A stretch of 64,000 nucleotides of DNA from Candidatus Avelusimicrobium gallicola (lineage in GTDB: Bacteria; Elusimicrobiota; Elusimicrobia; Elusimicrobiales; UBA9959): assembly GCA_020722185.1 (NCBI GenBank), contig DYLH01000002.1, positions 6,312 through 70,311 of the forward strand, given 5' to 3'. How positions within the stretch are numbered: position 1 is the first letter of the stretch; the number at the start of each line of letters is the position of its first letter. The translations under genes and the position numbers were made by a program. Of this stretch, positions 44,777 through 54,816 are shown in pieces. Under the pieces are notes generated by a model. That model was not told the origin of the DNA, ran no database searches, and worked only from the letters and a program-made list of their open reading frames with translations.

Positions 44777-46833
44777 TTCTTTTTATATGTCTGCTTTTTG
44801 GGATATAATTCATTTTTAAATTTAAAAATTTTAGCAGAAGGGAAATAATGCGAAATGATTTTTTTGTATGAATAACCGTGATGTTTTGCCAATCCATAGG
44901 CGCCAGAAAGACAAAATCCCTCCATATTTCCAGTGCCTATCCCCCTTACTATGAAGTAACTTGCTCGATCTCCCTTCATTATGGGTCTAATCGTGAATTT
45001 TTCAGAACGGAAATTGCCACCTGAAAGCGCCCAATTTACCGATTTTCTCCCTTCCACTATGGCATCTGACGCGCTGCCATTTATTCTTATGGAAATAGGT
45101 CTCATCTGAGAATCCCTTTTGATAATGTTTATGTTCTTCAAAGAACCTATATGATATTTTGGATTTATTCTTTCTTCTATCCACTTTGGTTCCAATATAA
45201 CAGTCCAGAGAACCTCGCTAAATAAGGTGCTGTCCTCCGGTAGGCAGTAAAGATCTCGATCAGGCTGGGTCATGAAATAAATTTCTACACCTGAAGGAGT
45301 GTATCTTAATTGCCTGTTGGCTCTGTCATCAACTTCAGACAATGTTTTTCCTCCACAGGCTTTGTGAAATGTTATATTTGAGGGGCCCAAAAGGCTTTCC
45401 CCATAAGTTTCTTTCATCGCTTTAACAACATAAGAATTTTCAAATTGCAGGCCTATGTACTCATAGCAATCCTTTGAATCGCATATATCGTATTGTGTCG
45501 ATACAGGAGATTTAAGATAGTTTTTTATCGAGGTTCTGATAACTAAAGACAGAGCCTTGAGAAATTCAGAGTTGTCTTTTGGAATACTCATTCGAGAGAT
45601 TATTCCAGCCTGTACATGTTCAGTCCAAGTTTTATTTACTATCTTCATTCCCGTCGTGGAGACATGTATTTCCAAGCTACCAGTAAGTTCCCTATCACTC
45701 TTATTTATCAAGGGGGATTCTTGTTTGAATATAGGCGTTTTTAGAAGAATAACTTCATTTTCATCCACTGGTTTTATTGAAAAATTTTGTCTTGTGGTAT
45801 AAACTCTTGAACCTGAATTATCCTTCAACTCAAAAAGTCTGTCTTTTTCTAAGTATCTTACTGAATACTGAGATTTTTTTCTGCCCGAGTATGTTTTGCC
45901 AAGTTTTGAATCGAAAATATTAAAATTTGAATTGGAGATAAAATCAAATCCTTGAGTCTCGTATTGAGTGAAGTTATTGGAAAAAAGACCTACACTTATT
46001 TTTTCCCCTTTTGAGATGCTTACTTTTGAATCATGAACAGGCCATGCTAACCTGACCCAGTAGAGCAGATTATCCGGTTTTTTCTCCCTTGCTGCATATT
46101 TCAATAATCTTTTTTTTGCCTTTATAAAAAATGAGTTTTCTGGATCTATCTCACTAAGAGTGTAATAGGATTGCCATGCTGGAAGATAGTAAGAAGTTTC
46201 ATCATATATGTTGGCAAGTTTTATCAAAGCTTGTATGTTCATTGAGTCATAAAGTAATGCTTCTTTTAGAAAGTTTACGCTTATATTCCTTTTCTTTGCT
46301 TGCTCATAGCAATCGGCTATCATATAAGCTGAAGGCGCTAAAAGATATGGATATTTTTGATAAACAGTTTGAAATCCCTCCACAGCTTTCAATGGTCCGC
46401 CAAGTTCCATTTCAGTCATAGATGACATAAATCTAGCATTGTAAATTAAATCCTCTCTATTTGAGAGTAGAGGAACTTCTTCAAAAGCTTTTTTCGCTTC
46501 AGTAAATTTTTTCATAGCGTATAGTGCCATACCTTTTTCGTATTTAAGGAAAGGGTCCTCAAATCCTGCGGCTTCTACTTTGTCTATATAAATTTTGGCG
46601 GTAGCTGGCCTCCCCAAGTTGTTTAGCAATACTGACAAATCCTTAGTGTACTCTATTTGATCTTTTTCATTTGTTGACACATATAATAGGTATTTATATG
46701 ACTCTATGGCATCCTCTATTCTGCCATCTTTCCATGAGTTCAGAGCTTCCAAAAATACTTTTTGTTGCTCTTCAGCGTTCAATGGCGAAAAATAATTGAA
46801 GATAAAAAAAATGAACAAAAAAATCGATTTCAT
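44773..46833 (-). CDS. Secreted TPR-repeat / SpoIID(LytB)-domain protein
   Basis: The ATG at 46833 gives a signal peptide (MKSIFLFIFFIFNYFSPLNA). It is followed by about 250 aa of TPR-like helices. SpoIID-like blocks then follow (CDSKDCYEYIGL, FHKACGGKT, GNMEGFCLSGAYGLAKHHGYSYKKIISHYF). Confidence 0.65.
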   Translation of the reverse strand: MKSIFLFIFFIFNYFSPLNAEEQQKVFLEALNSWKDGRIEDAIESYKYLLYVSTNEKDQIEYTKDLSVLLNNLGRPATAKIYIDKVEAAGFEDPFLKYEKGMALYAMKKFTEAKKAFEEVPLLSNREDLIYNARFMSSMTEMELGGPLKAVEGFQTVYQKYPYLLAPSAYMIADCYEQAKKRNISVNFLKEALLYDSMNIQALIKLANIYDETSYYLPAWQSYYTLSEIDPENSFFIKAKKRLLKYAAREKKPDNLLYWVRLAWPVHDSKVSISKGEKISVGLFSNNFTQYETQGFDFISNSNFNIFDSKLGKTYSGRKKSQYSVRYLEKDRLFELKDNSGSRVYTTRQNFSIKPVDENEVILLKTPIFKQESPLINKSDRELTGSLEIHVSTTGMKIVNKTWTEHVQAGIISRMSIPKDNSEFLKALSLVIRTSIKNYLKSPVSTQYDICDSKDCYEYIGLQFENSYVVKAMKETYGESLLGPSNITFHKACGGKTLSEVDDRANRQLRYTPSGVEIYFMTQPDRDLYCLPEDSTLFSEVLWTVILEPKWIEERINPKYHIGSLKNINIIKRDSQMRPISIRINGSASDAIVEGRKSVNWALSGGNFRSEKFTIRPIMKGDRASYFIVRGIGTGNMEGFCLSGAYGLAKHHGYSYKKIISHYFPSAKIFKFKNELYPKKQTYKKK

Positions 46834-46875
46834 ATTAACTAATTTACCAATTCTTAAGGAATCAAGCAATAGTGT

Positions 46876-46904
46876 TTGTGTTAAATAATTTTTTTTGTTA
46901 AAAT
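46876..46904 (+). promoter_or_regulatory. Candidate sigma70-type promoter for tRNA-Lys
   Basis: TTGTGT (46876-46881), a 17-nt spacer and TAAAAT (46899-46904), placed 8 nt before the mature tRNA 5' end. Confidence 0.3.
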
Positions 46905-46912
46905 ATAAATAT

Positions 46913-46984
46913 GGGCCATTAGCTCAATGGTAGAGCAGGCGCCTCTTAAGCGCAAGGTTACAGGTTCGAGTCCTGTATGGCCCA
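46913..46984 (+). tRNA. tRNA-Lys (anticodon CUU), CCA not encoded
   Basis: The acceptor is GGGCCAT/ATGGCCC, the D arm GCTC/GAGC, the anticodon loop CTCTTAA and the T arm ACAGGTTCGAGTCCTGT. Confidence 0.9.
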
Positions 46985-47069
46985 TTTTTCTTTTTATTGT
47001 TCTTTAACGCAATTTTTTTGGTATTTGGTGAATATTTCTGTCGGGGCTATTTTTTTAAGGAATGTGTTT

Positions 47070-47153
47070 GCCGCGGTGGCGGAACTGGCAGACGCGTTAG
47101 GCTTAGGACCTAATGCCCGACAGGGTTTGAGAGTTCGAGTCTCTCCCGCGGCA
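47070..47153 (+). tRNA. tRNA-Leu (anticodon UAG), class II long variable arm, CCA not encoded
   Basis: The acceptor is GCCGCGG/CCGCGGC, the anticodon stem TTAGG/CCTAA with loop CTTAGGA, and the T arm GAGAGTTCGAGTCTCTC. Confidence 0.9.
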
Positions 47154-47276
47154 CTTAACTTTACTTCAGTGTATTATAAAACGAAAAAATAGAGATTAAG
47201 AGAATAGAGATTTAGGATATGAGGTTAAAACTTTTGCTCTTCAAAGTTTGCGTGATTTTTTGTTAATGGAGGAAAA

Positions 47277-48539
47277 ATGCTTGGATTAAATAAAAAGTAC
47301 AAAAAAGTCAAAGAAGAGGGTTGTGTTCTTGTATTTGAAGGAAATTTTGTGGATAAGGAAATTGTTGATATTGAGGCAAATGCGTTGATGAAGTTGCAGG
47401 TTGCGGTTTCTTTGCCGGGGTTTAGACAAGGGAAAGTCCCCCCTCATATGATAAAACAGCAGTTTCCTAGCATGGTAAAGGAAGAAGCTTTAGACATAGC
47501 GGCAAAGGCCCTTTTGGAGGATATTGCCAATAATGAGAAAATATATCCGGTTGTATCCCCAATGGTTTCTGATGTGGCTTATGAGCCGGGCAAAAAGCTC
47601 TCTCTCAAAATAACCATAGAGGTAAATCCTAAATTTGAGCCTCAGAAGTACGAGAATTTGAAAGTTACAAAGAAAATAAAAAAGATTACCGATGAGGATG
47701 TGGAAAACTATATAAAGAGTATTAGGGAATACAATGCATATCTTGAAGCTGTTCCTCAAGAAACCCCGATATCAGAATCTCATTATGTCATAGTGGACTA
47801 TGAAGTTTATGAGAATGGCATTAAAGTAGAAAATGGAGATGTTAAGGGAGAGATAATAGATATGTCTTCACCCCAGGGTATAGCAGGTATGAGCGCAGCT
47901 ATCCTTGGAGCTAAAAAGGGAGAAACAAAAGAATTTGAAACAGAGTTTGACTCAAAAAAGATGAAGTTTGTGGTCAAGATAAATGAAGTAAAAAGAAAGG
48001 TTGTCCCAGAAATAGATGAAAAATTTCTTAAAGCTGCTGGAGTATCCAGTCAGGAAGAGCTTAGAACCAATGTAAGAAAAATATTGGAAAATGAGTCAAA
48101 TATAAATTCAGAAAAAGAAGTCATAAAGCAGATAGAAGACAGCTTGATAAGAGACAATAAAATTCCTCTTCCCCCAACCGTGGTGGAAGAAGAGATAAAG
48201 GAGCTTTTTGAGGTATTCAAAAGGAGAATGAATACTCAGTCAGATCAAAACCTGAACATCAAGGACTATTACTCTTCTTTGAAGCCTATAGCTGAGAGAA
48301 ATCTTAAAATAACATACTTACTCCACAATATCGCTCGCAAGGAAAATATCGCTGTAAGCGATGAAGATTACAAGAAGGAGATGGATAAAGTAATTGCAAG
48401 CCTCAAGAATGAGGATGAGATTAAGAAAGCCAAAGAAATGTTTGAAACCAGAAAGAGTTATGTAATGGCTTCTATGGTTGAAAATAAGACCTTTGAATTC
48501 ATCAAAAGCAAAGCTGAGATAAAGGAAGAAAATATATAA
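47277..48539 (+). CDS. tig: Trigger factor
   Basis: 420 aa with the ribosome-binding signature LPGFRQGKVP, a central PPIase-like region and a C-terminal helical arm. It lies upstream of clpP. Confidence 0.9.
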   Translation: MLGLNKKYKKVKEEGCVLVFEGNFVDKEIVDIEANALMKLQVAVSLPGFRQGKVPPHMIKQQFPSMVKEEALDIAAKALLEDIANNEKIYPVVSPMVSDVAYEPGKKLSLKITIEVNPKFEPQKYENLKVTKKIKKITDEDVENYIKSIREYNAYLEAVPQETPISESHYVIVDYEVYENGIKVENGDVKGEIIDMSSPQGIAGMSAAILGAKKGETKEFETEFDSKKMKFVVKINEVKRKVVPEIDEKFLKAAGVSSQEELRTNVRKILENESNINSEKEVIKQIEDSLIRDNKIPLPPTVVEEEIKELFEVFKRRMNTQSDQNLNIKDYYSSLKPIAERNLKITYLLHNIARKENIAVSDEDYKKEMDKVIASLKNEDEIKKAKEMFETRKSYVMASMVENKTFEFIKSKAEIKEENI

Positions 48540-48560
48540 CTTTAAAAAAGAGGAGGAGTC

Positions 48561-49169
48561 ATGATAATACCTACGATAATAGAAACATGGAAAGGCGCTG
48601 GCGCAATGGTAGGATATGACATATATTCCAGATTGCTAAAGGATAGGATAATATTTGTAGGGGATCCCGAAGGCGCTATTTCCACAGCATCGGCAAATAA
48701 TCTGATTGCTCAACTTCTTTATTTAGACGCAGAAGATCCAGAAAAAGATATAAATCTATACATAAACTCTCCTGGAGGTATGGTGACGGCAGGGCTTGCA
48801 GTTTACGATACAATGCAATTTGTAAAGGCGCCGGTGTCAACCATATGTATGGGTATGGCCATGTCTTTTGGAGCTGTACTGCTTGCAGCTGGTAGCAAAG
48901 GCAAGAGATATGCTCTTCCAAATTCTAGAATAATGATACACCAACCTCTCATTTTTGGTGGTGGCATATCGGGACAGGCCACTGACATAGAAATAGAAAG
49001 TAGAGAAATGACAGAAAATAAAAATCGCCTCATAAGAATACTTTCCAAGCATACAGGGCAAAAAGAAGAAAAGCTTCGAGCTGACATGGAAAGAAACTTT
49101 TATCTTTCTGCCAAAGAAGCTATGGAGTATGGGATAATAGATGGGGTCCTCGATTTTAAAAAGCCATAA
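48561..49169 (+). CDS. clpP: ATP-dependent Clp protease proteolytic subunit
   Basis: Sequence reads [20 protein letters not shown] (Ser), RIMIHQP (His) and an Asp context. The RBS is GAGGAGGAG. Confidence 0.95.
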   Translation: MIIPTIIETWKGAGAMVGYDIYSRLLKDRIIFVGDPEGAISTASANNLIAQLLYLDAEDPEKDINLYINSPGGMVTAGLAVYDTMQFVKAPVSTICMGMAMSFGAVLLAAGSKGKRYALPNSRIMIHQPLIFGGGISGQATDIEIESREMTENKNRLIRILSKHTGQKEEKLRADMERNFYLSAKEAMEYGIIDGVLDFKKP

Positions 49170-49196
49170 AACTAAAAAAATTCTTTTGGAGTGTGT

Positions 49197-51572
49197 ATGA
49201 GCAAAGAGATAAATGCAGATTTTCCAACGGCAGTTCCGGTTATAGCTATAAGGGATATTGTGGTGTTTCCGGGTATGCATCTTCCTTTGGCTGTGGATCG
49301 CGCAAAATCTGTTGCTGCTATTGAAAAAGCCATAAAGGACAATAAAAAATATGTTTTTGCTGTGACTCAAAAAAAATCTCACATAGATGACCCAAAAAGA
49401 GAAGATTTGTATTCAGTTGGCACATTAAGTGAAATATCTCAGTCTTTAAAATTGCCAGATGGTTCTATGAGAGTTTTCATAAGAGGCATAAGGCGCGCCA
49501 GGATTCAAGATCTCAGATTGGCGCAAAATGCTTACCTTGAATCGGATGTGGAATATCTAAATGAGGTAGGAGAGAAAAATCCAGAAGTAATAGCTCTTAT
49601 GCGGCATCTTGTGGATATTTTTGATAACTATATCAGACTTGCCGTGAAAATATCAATAAACCCTCCAGCTATGCTTGAGCAATTGGATGATCCTTTCAAA
49701 CTTTCAGACACTATAGCCGCAAATACAGTTTTCAATATATCAGAAAGACAAGAAATACTGGAAACACTTGATGTAAAAGAAAGGCTTGAAAAATTAATTA
49801 CATTCCTTACAAGAGAAATAGAAATTTTGGATGTAGAGCAAAAAATTCAAAGCAGGGTTAAAGCCCAAATAGACAAGTCTCAAAAAGAATACTATCTCAA
49901 TGAGCAGATGAAAGCTATACAAAAGGAGCTTCATCAAAAAGACGATCTGGCAAGAGAAATTGAAGAGTGGAAGAAAAAGATAAAAGCCGCTAAAATGCCA
50001 AAAGAAGCGGAGACGGCCGCTGAAAAAGAACTATCTAGATTGTCTAAGATGATGCCGTTTTCCCCCGAGTCTACGGTTTCAAGAAACTATCTTGACTGGC
50101 TTGTTTCTCTGCCATGGTCTGTGGAAACCGAAGATGTGATAGATATAGAGAAAGCCAAATCTATCCTTGATGATGAGCATTTTGGTCTTCAAAAACCCAA
50201 AGAAAGAGTGCTGGAGTATCTGGCGGTGGCAAAATTGACCAAGAAGTTAAGAGGACCTATACTTTGTTTTGTTGGCCCTCCCGGAGTGGGCAAGACCTCA
50301 ATAGCAAGGTCAATAGCGCATGCGATGGGTAGAAAATTTGTCAGGATGTCTCTCGGTGGAGTTAGAGATGAGGCTGAAATACGTGGACATAGGAGAACCT
50401 ATATAGGTTCTATGCCCGGTAGAATAATGCAAAGCATGAAGAAGGCTAAAAGTAAAAATCCTGTATTTCTCATGGATGAAATAGATAAAATGGGAATGGA
50501 CTGGCGCGGGGATCCTGCCGCCGCCCTTCTTGAAGTGCTGGATCCTGAACAGAACAGTGAGTTTGTAGATCATTTTGTGGATGTCCCTTTTGATATATCC
50601 AAAGTGATGTTCATCGCTACGGCAAATTCTCTTTCTGGAATTCCAGTAAGTCTGCGCGATAGACTTGAAATAATAGAATTCAGCGGGTATACTCATTCAG
50701 AAAAAATACAAATAGCCCGCAAGTATCTAATCCCCCGCCAAATTAAAGAACATGGGGTGGATGAGGAAAAGAACAATATTAGTATATCAGATGGCGCCCT
50801 TGATCTTGTGATAAGAGAATATACAAGGGAGGCTGGTGTTAGAAACCTAGAAAGAGAGATAGCCAATATGTCGAGGAAAATAGCCAGAAAGATAGTTGAA
50901 GAATCCTCAAAAAAAATAGATATCAAGGAAGAAAGTGTTCATTCTCTTTTGGGCATTCCAAGGTTTATTTATGAAAAACCAGACGAAAATGCTGTGGGAG
51001 TCGTGACTGGTTTGGCATGGACTGAACATGGCGGAGAAGTTCTCACAGTAGAGGCTTTGAAATTTCCCGGGAAGGGCGCTTTGATTTTGACAGGGAAACT
51101 TGGAGATGTGATGAAGGAGTCGGCCAAAGCAGCTTTCTCATATGTCAGATATATTTCAGATTTGCCTCAAAAATTCTTTTCCACAAGTGATTTTCATGTA
51201 CACATACCTGAAGGAGCCATTCCCAAAGATGGCCCATCAGCTGGAATAACTATGGCCACCGCATTGTATAGTTTGGTAAAAGGTTTGCCAGCTAAAAGAG
51301 GTTGGTCTATGACAGGAGAGATAACTCTTACTGGGAGAGTCTTGGCGATAGGCGGCCTTAAGGAAAAACTGATAGCTTCTTATAGGGATGGAATAAAAAA
51401 TGTGATATTCCCAAAATCCAATCTAAAAGATCTATCTGAAGTCCCTGAAGAGATAAAAAAGGATATGAATCTAAAACCTGTGTCAACTGTTGATGAAGTG
51501 CTTGAAATTGTAATAGATGGGTATAAGAAAGCCAAAAAAAGCGGGAATAAGAAATGCGCAGCCAAATACTGA
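49197..51572 (+). CDS. lon: ATP-dependent Lon protease (LonA)
   Basis: It has an N-terminal LON domain, Walker A GPPGVGKTS, Walker B FLMDEIDK, and protease catalytic sites PKDGPSAG (Ser) and GGLKEK (Lys). The ATG at 49197 follows GGAG. Confidence 0.95.
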   Translation: MSKEINADFPTAVPVIAIRDIVVFPGMHLPLAVDRAKSVAAIEKAIKDNKKYVFAVTQKKSHIDDPKREDLYSVGTLSEISQSLKLPDGSMRVFIRGIRRARIQDLRLAQNAYLESDVEYLNEVGEKNPEVIALMRHLVDIFDNYIRLAVKISINPPAMLEQLDDPFKLSDTIAANTVFNISERQEILETLDVKERLEKLITFLTREIEILDVEQKIQSRVKAQIDKSQKEYYLNEQMKAIQKELHQKDDLAREIEEWKKKIKAAKMPKEAETAAEKELSRLSKMMPFSPESTVSRNYLDWLVSLPWSVETEDVIDIEKAKSILDDEHFGLQKPKERVLEYLAVAKLTKKLRGPILCFVGPPGVGKTSIARSIAHAMGRKFVRMSLGGVRDEAEIRGHRRTYIGSMPGRIMQSMKKAKSKNPVFLMDEIDKMGMDWRGDPAAALLEVLDPEQNSEFVDHFVDVPFDISKVMFIATANSLSGIPVSLRDRLEIIEFSGYTHSEKIQIARKYLIPRQIKEHGVDEEKNNISISDGALDLVIREYTREAGVRNLEREIANMSRKIARKIVEESSKKIDIKEESVHSLLGIPRFIYEKPDENAVGVVTGLAWTEHGGEVLTVEALKFPGKGALILTGKLGDVMKESAKAAFSYVRYISDLPQKFFSTSDFHVHIPEGAIPKDGPSAGITMATALYSLVKGLPAKRGWSMTGEITLTGRVLAIGGLKEKLIASYRDGIKNVIFPKSNLKDLSEVPEEIKKDMNLKPVSTVDEVLEIVIDGYKKAKKSGNKKCAAKY

Positions 51573-53332
51573 TACTTTTGTTTAGCGCTCTGTGCCTTAG
51601 TTCATTTGCCTATGAGGATATTCTCACAGATGAGCAGATACAGGGATCGCTTGAACAAAGCAGAATGAATGAAGTATTTGAAAGGTACATGGCCACTATA
51701 GTAATGTATGACCCCGAAAAGGCAAGTTCATTAGGCATACATGATTCAGATCACCTGCTTACTTCTAGATCTCATGAAGCACTAAATCAAAGGATAAGAT
51801 CTTTTGAAAAGCTTAAAACTGATCTAGAGGTCCTAGATAGAGAAAAGATGTATCGATACCTTCAGGCTGATTATTTCCTCCTCAATTCAATACTGGAAGT
51901 AGAAATTTACAATTTGAAAAATATGAATGTGCTCTCTAAGTATCCCCAAGACTATCTAGATCCATTGAAACTGATATATTTTCAGCTCAGCAAGGAGACT
52001 GGCAGTTACATGAGCAGAGCCGCAGATTCTATTAAAAGGCTTAATGCTTATCCTCAGATATTGCTTCAAGCTGAAAGAAACATTTCTCATCCACCAAAAA
52101 TATGGACTGAGTATGCTATAGACAGAGCTCAAGACGCATATGACAATATGTCAGATTTTTTTCCTCTCTTTAAAAATTATGTGAAATTTGACCCTACTCT
52201 CAAAGCTCAACTTGATGAAACTATTGAAAGGGTAAAAAATTCGCTCAAAAGATATATAAATTTTCTCAAAAAAGAAGTTCTAAAAAAATCAGATGGTGAA
52301 GCTTCCGCCGGAGAGTATACTTATGGATTTTATTTAGAGCGTTGGCATGGCCTTGACTACAATACGGCTTCTGCTTATCGCTTTGCGAAGAAAAACTACA
52401 AGAAAGCTATGAAAGAGCTAAAAAAAGCCGCAAAAAATTTAGACCCATCGACTGAATCATCTCAGGGGTGGATAGCTGTTTTTAGGAAAATTTCCAGGGA
52501 TCACCCTCAGCCATCTGAACTGATAAAGACATTTTCAGATGAGATAGAAAGAGCTTCAAGCCACATGGATGAGCAAAAAGTTTCAAATTATCCTAAGATG
52601 AGATTTCAAATAAAAAATTTGCCAAATTTTCTTGCTAATGCTTTGCCTTATGCGTATTACTCTGGACCTATGCCAATAGAAGATGATAAATCAGCCGAGC
52701 TTTATTTGCTTATGCCAAAAGAAAAAGATTCAAAGGAGAAGGTTGAGTCAATGATGTCTGGAATGTATTCTTATGCCAATATAGAGCTTCTGACTGCTGG
52801 ACTTATGGTTCCTGGACTTCATCTCAGAGCATATGAAGGGGCAAAGAATCCTTCCAAAATAAGGAGGGTGGCATGGCAGCCCGCCTCGTACTATGGATGG
52901 CAGGTTTATTCGGAAAAACTTGCGGAAGAAAGAGGTTTTTACTCTTCAATGTGGACAAAATTTCTCAGAACATATCTCAATGCCATAAGGGCTGGTAGAG
53001 CCTATGTGGATGTTGGGTTTCACACCGGCAAGCTTAGTTATGATGAATCCGTGGAATTTTTTACAAAAAAACTTTTTTTTACAAAAAAACAGGCTGAAAG
53101 AGAGGTTTTATTCATTTCGATGAATCCTACAATATCTTTCTGCTACATAGTTGGATATGACAAAATAATGAAATTGAGATCTTACTATGTAAAAGGAGAA
53201 GATAAGTATTTTAATCTTAGAAATTTTCACAATGATTTTTTACAGCTTTCAAACTTGACTATAGATTCGGCCATAGATCAACTTAGGCTTTACAAGAAAA
53301 AGGCAAAGAAAAAAAATGATGATGAAGAATGA
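51554..53332 (+). CDS. Secreted DUF885-like protein
   Basis: 592 aa with a signal peptide (MRSQILILLFSALCLSSFA). The overall helical layout and the VPGLHLRAYEG block resemble the DUF885 family. The assignment is from memory of family features and not from a search. The start overlaps the lon 3' end by 19 nt. Confidence 0.55.
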   Translation: MRSQILILLFSALCLSSFAYEDILTDEQIQGSLEQSRMNEVFERYMATIVMYDPEKASSLGIHDSDHLLTSRSHEALNQRIRSFEKLKTDLEVLDREKMYRYLQADYFLLNSILEVEIYNLKNMNVLSKYPQDYLDPLKLIYFQLSKETGSYMSRAADSIKRLNAYPQILLQAERNISHPPKIWTEYAIDRAQDAYDNMSDFFPLFKNYVKFDPTLKAQLDETIERVKNSLKRYINFLKKEVLKKSDGEASAGEYTYGFYLERWHGLDYNTASAYRFAKKNYKKAMKELKKAAKNLDPSTESSQGWIAVFRKISRDHPQPSELIKTFSDEIERASSHMDEQKVSNYPKMRFQIKNLPNFLANALPYAYYSGPMPIEDDKSAELYLLMPKEKDSKEKVESMMSGMYSYANIELLTAGLMVPGLHLRAYEGAKNPSKIRRVAWQPASYYGWQVYSEKLAEERGFYSSMWTKFLRTYLNAIRAGRAYVDVGFHTGKLSYDESVEFFTKKLFFTKKQAEREVLFISMNPTISFCYIVGYDKIMKLRSYYVKGEDKYFNLRNFHNDFLQLSNLTIDSAIDQLRLYKKKAKKKNDDEE

Positions 53333-54068
53333 TTCTGTCATTTCTTTTAAAGATGTATCTAAAACATATAAAAAACACGGCTTTTTGAAATCTCAGTCAA
53401 AAAAAGCTTTATCAAATGTAAATTTTGATGTGTATAGTCGTGAGATTGTGGGAATATTGGGGCTCAATGGCGCTGGGAAAACTACTATAATAAAGTCCAT
53501 ATTTGCAATAATAAGGCCTGATTCAGGAGAAATAAAAATTTTTGGAGAATCCCCAGCAAACGAAGAAAATAGAAGCAAAATAGGTTATATCCCTGAGTTG
53601 CCATATTTCCAACCTCAGTCTAAAGCTATAGATGTGCTTTCTTATTATGCCTGCCTTTCTGGTTTATCAAAAGAGGAAATATATCAAAGAGCCGCCCTTA
53701 TCCTTTCAAGAGTAGGACTTAAAGGAAGAGAATTTTTGAAATGTTTTGAATTTTCAAAAGGGATGCTTCAAAGATTGGCCTTTGCTCAAGCTCTTATACA
53801 TGACCCCGCTCTTGTGGTAATGGATGAACCAGTAAGCGGTCTTGACCCAATAGCGGTAAAAGATTTACGAGATCTTATCGTTGAGTTAAATAGAGCGGGT
53901 AAAACCTTTTTTCTTTCATCTCATAGCATTTCTGAACTTGAGAAAATATGCGATAGGGTCCTTATAGTAAAGAATGGAAGTATAGTGAGGGAAGTATTGA
54001 GAAAAGAATGGGAAAATTCTTCAACGGATCTTGAAGAAATTTTTGTGAAAGAGGTTAAGGATGCGTAA
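53316..54068 (+). CDS. ABC transporter ATP-binding protein
   Basis: Walker A GLNGAGKTT, signature FSKGMLQRL, Walker B LVVMDEP and an H-loop SSH. Confidence 0.9.
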   Translation: MMMKNDSVISFKDVSKTYKKHGFLKSQSKKALSNVNFDVYSREIVGILGLNGAGKTTIIKSIFAIIRPDSGEIKIFGESPANEENRSKIGYIPELPYFQPQSKAIDVLSYYACLSGLSKEEIYQRAALILSRVGLKGREFLKCFEFSKGMLQRLAFAQALIHDPALVVMDEPVSGLDPIAVKDLRDLIVELNRAGKTFFLSSHSISELEKICDRVLIVKNGSIVREVLRKEWENSSTDLEEIFVKEVKDA

Positions 54069-54816
54069 TTTTCTTTTTTCCATACATATAGCTAAAAATA
54101 CTTTTAAGGATGTTTTCAATTCAAGGATTTTTCCTTTTTTTATGGCTTTTTGCGCTTTGCTGGTTTACTTCTCTATGGTTCTTGGTCTAATGGCAGTGGA
54201 TGAAGAAAAGAGGGTTTTGTTAAATTTTGGTCTTGCGATGGTTGAACTTTCCTCTTTTTCTTTTATTCTTTTCCTTTCTTCTCTTGCCATAAATAAGGAA
54301 ATGGAAACAAAAACTATATACATGATTTTGGCCAGGCCTGTGCCAAGAAAAAACTATATTCTTGGCAAGCTGATTGGGCTTTATATGGTTTCCGCCTTCA
54401 TTGTCTCATCTGTTTCTCTTATACACATTTCTCTTCTCGTAATAAGAGGTTTTCCACCTGATAAGGCTTATTTTCTTGCGGTATTATCATCCGCTCTAAA
54501 GGTGGCATTGATAAGCTCGGTGGCTCTTTTCTCTTCCATATCAACCTCCTCCTCTTTTTCAGGTATAATAATATCCATTATGTTGTGGGTTTTTGGGAAT
54601 TTTTCACAGGAGATAAAGTATCTAGCTGAAAAAGCCGCTTTGTTAAAAAAATTTTTTCTGCTGTCATTTATGTATGTTTTCCCCAACTTCCATATTTTAA
54701 ATTTAACCGAGTCTGTTTCCCCATCTGCCACCTTATACAGTTTTGCCTACTTCTTTCTCTATGCCACAATTCTTGGATTGCTTTCCTCAATAGTTTTTGA
54801 GAAAAAGGAGTTTTAA
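54061..54816 (+). CDS. ABC-2 type permease (NosY/GldF-like)
   Basis: 251 aa with six predicted TM helices. The N-terminus (IAKNTFKDVFNSRIF) is typical of the ABC-2 membrane family. It overlaps the ATPase gene. Confidence 0.7.
   Translation: MRNFLFSIHIAKNTFKDVFNSRIFPFFMAFCALLVYFSMVLGLMAVDEEKRVLLNFGLAMVELSSFSFILFLSSLAINKEMETKTIYMILARPVPRKNYILGKLIGLYMVSAFIVSSVSLIHISLLVIRGFPPDKAYFLAVLSSALKVALISSVALFSSISTSSSFSGIIISIMLWVFGNFSQEIKYLAEKAALLKKFFLLSFMYVFPNFHILNLTESVSPSATLYSFAYFFLYATILGLLSSIVFEKKEF

Noticed and set aside
46977-47192. A 71-aa plus-strand ORF spans the tRNA-Lys/tRNA-Leu spacer.
   Set aside because: It reads straight through the tRNA-Leu gene (47070-47153). The translation is an artefact of the tRNA sequence.
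47154-49196. I looked for CIRCE or CtsR-type (GGTCAAA direct repeat) operators upstream of tig, clpP and lon.
   Set aside because: No inverted or direct repeat resembling either consensus was seen in 47154-47276, 48540-48560 or 49170-49196.
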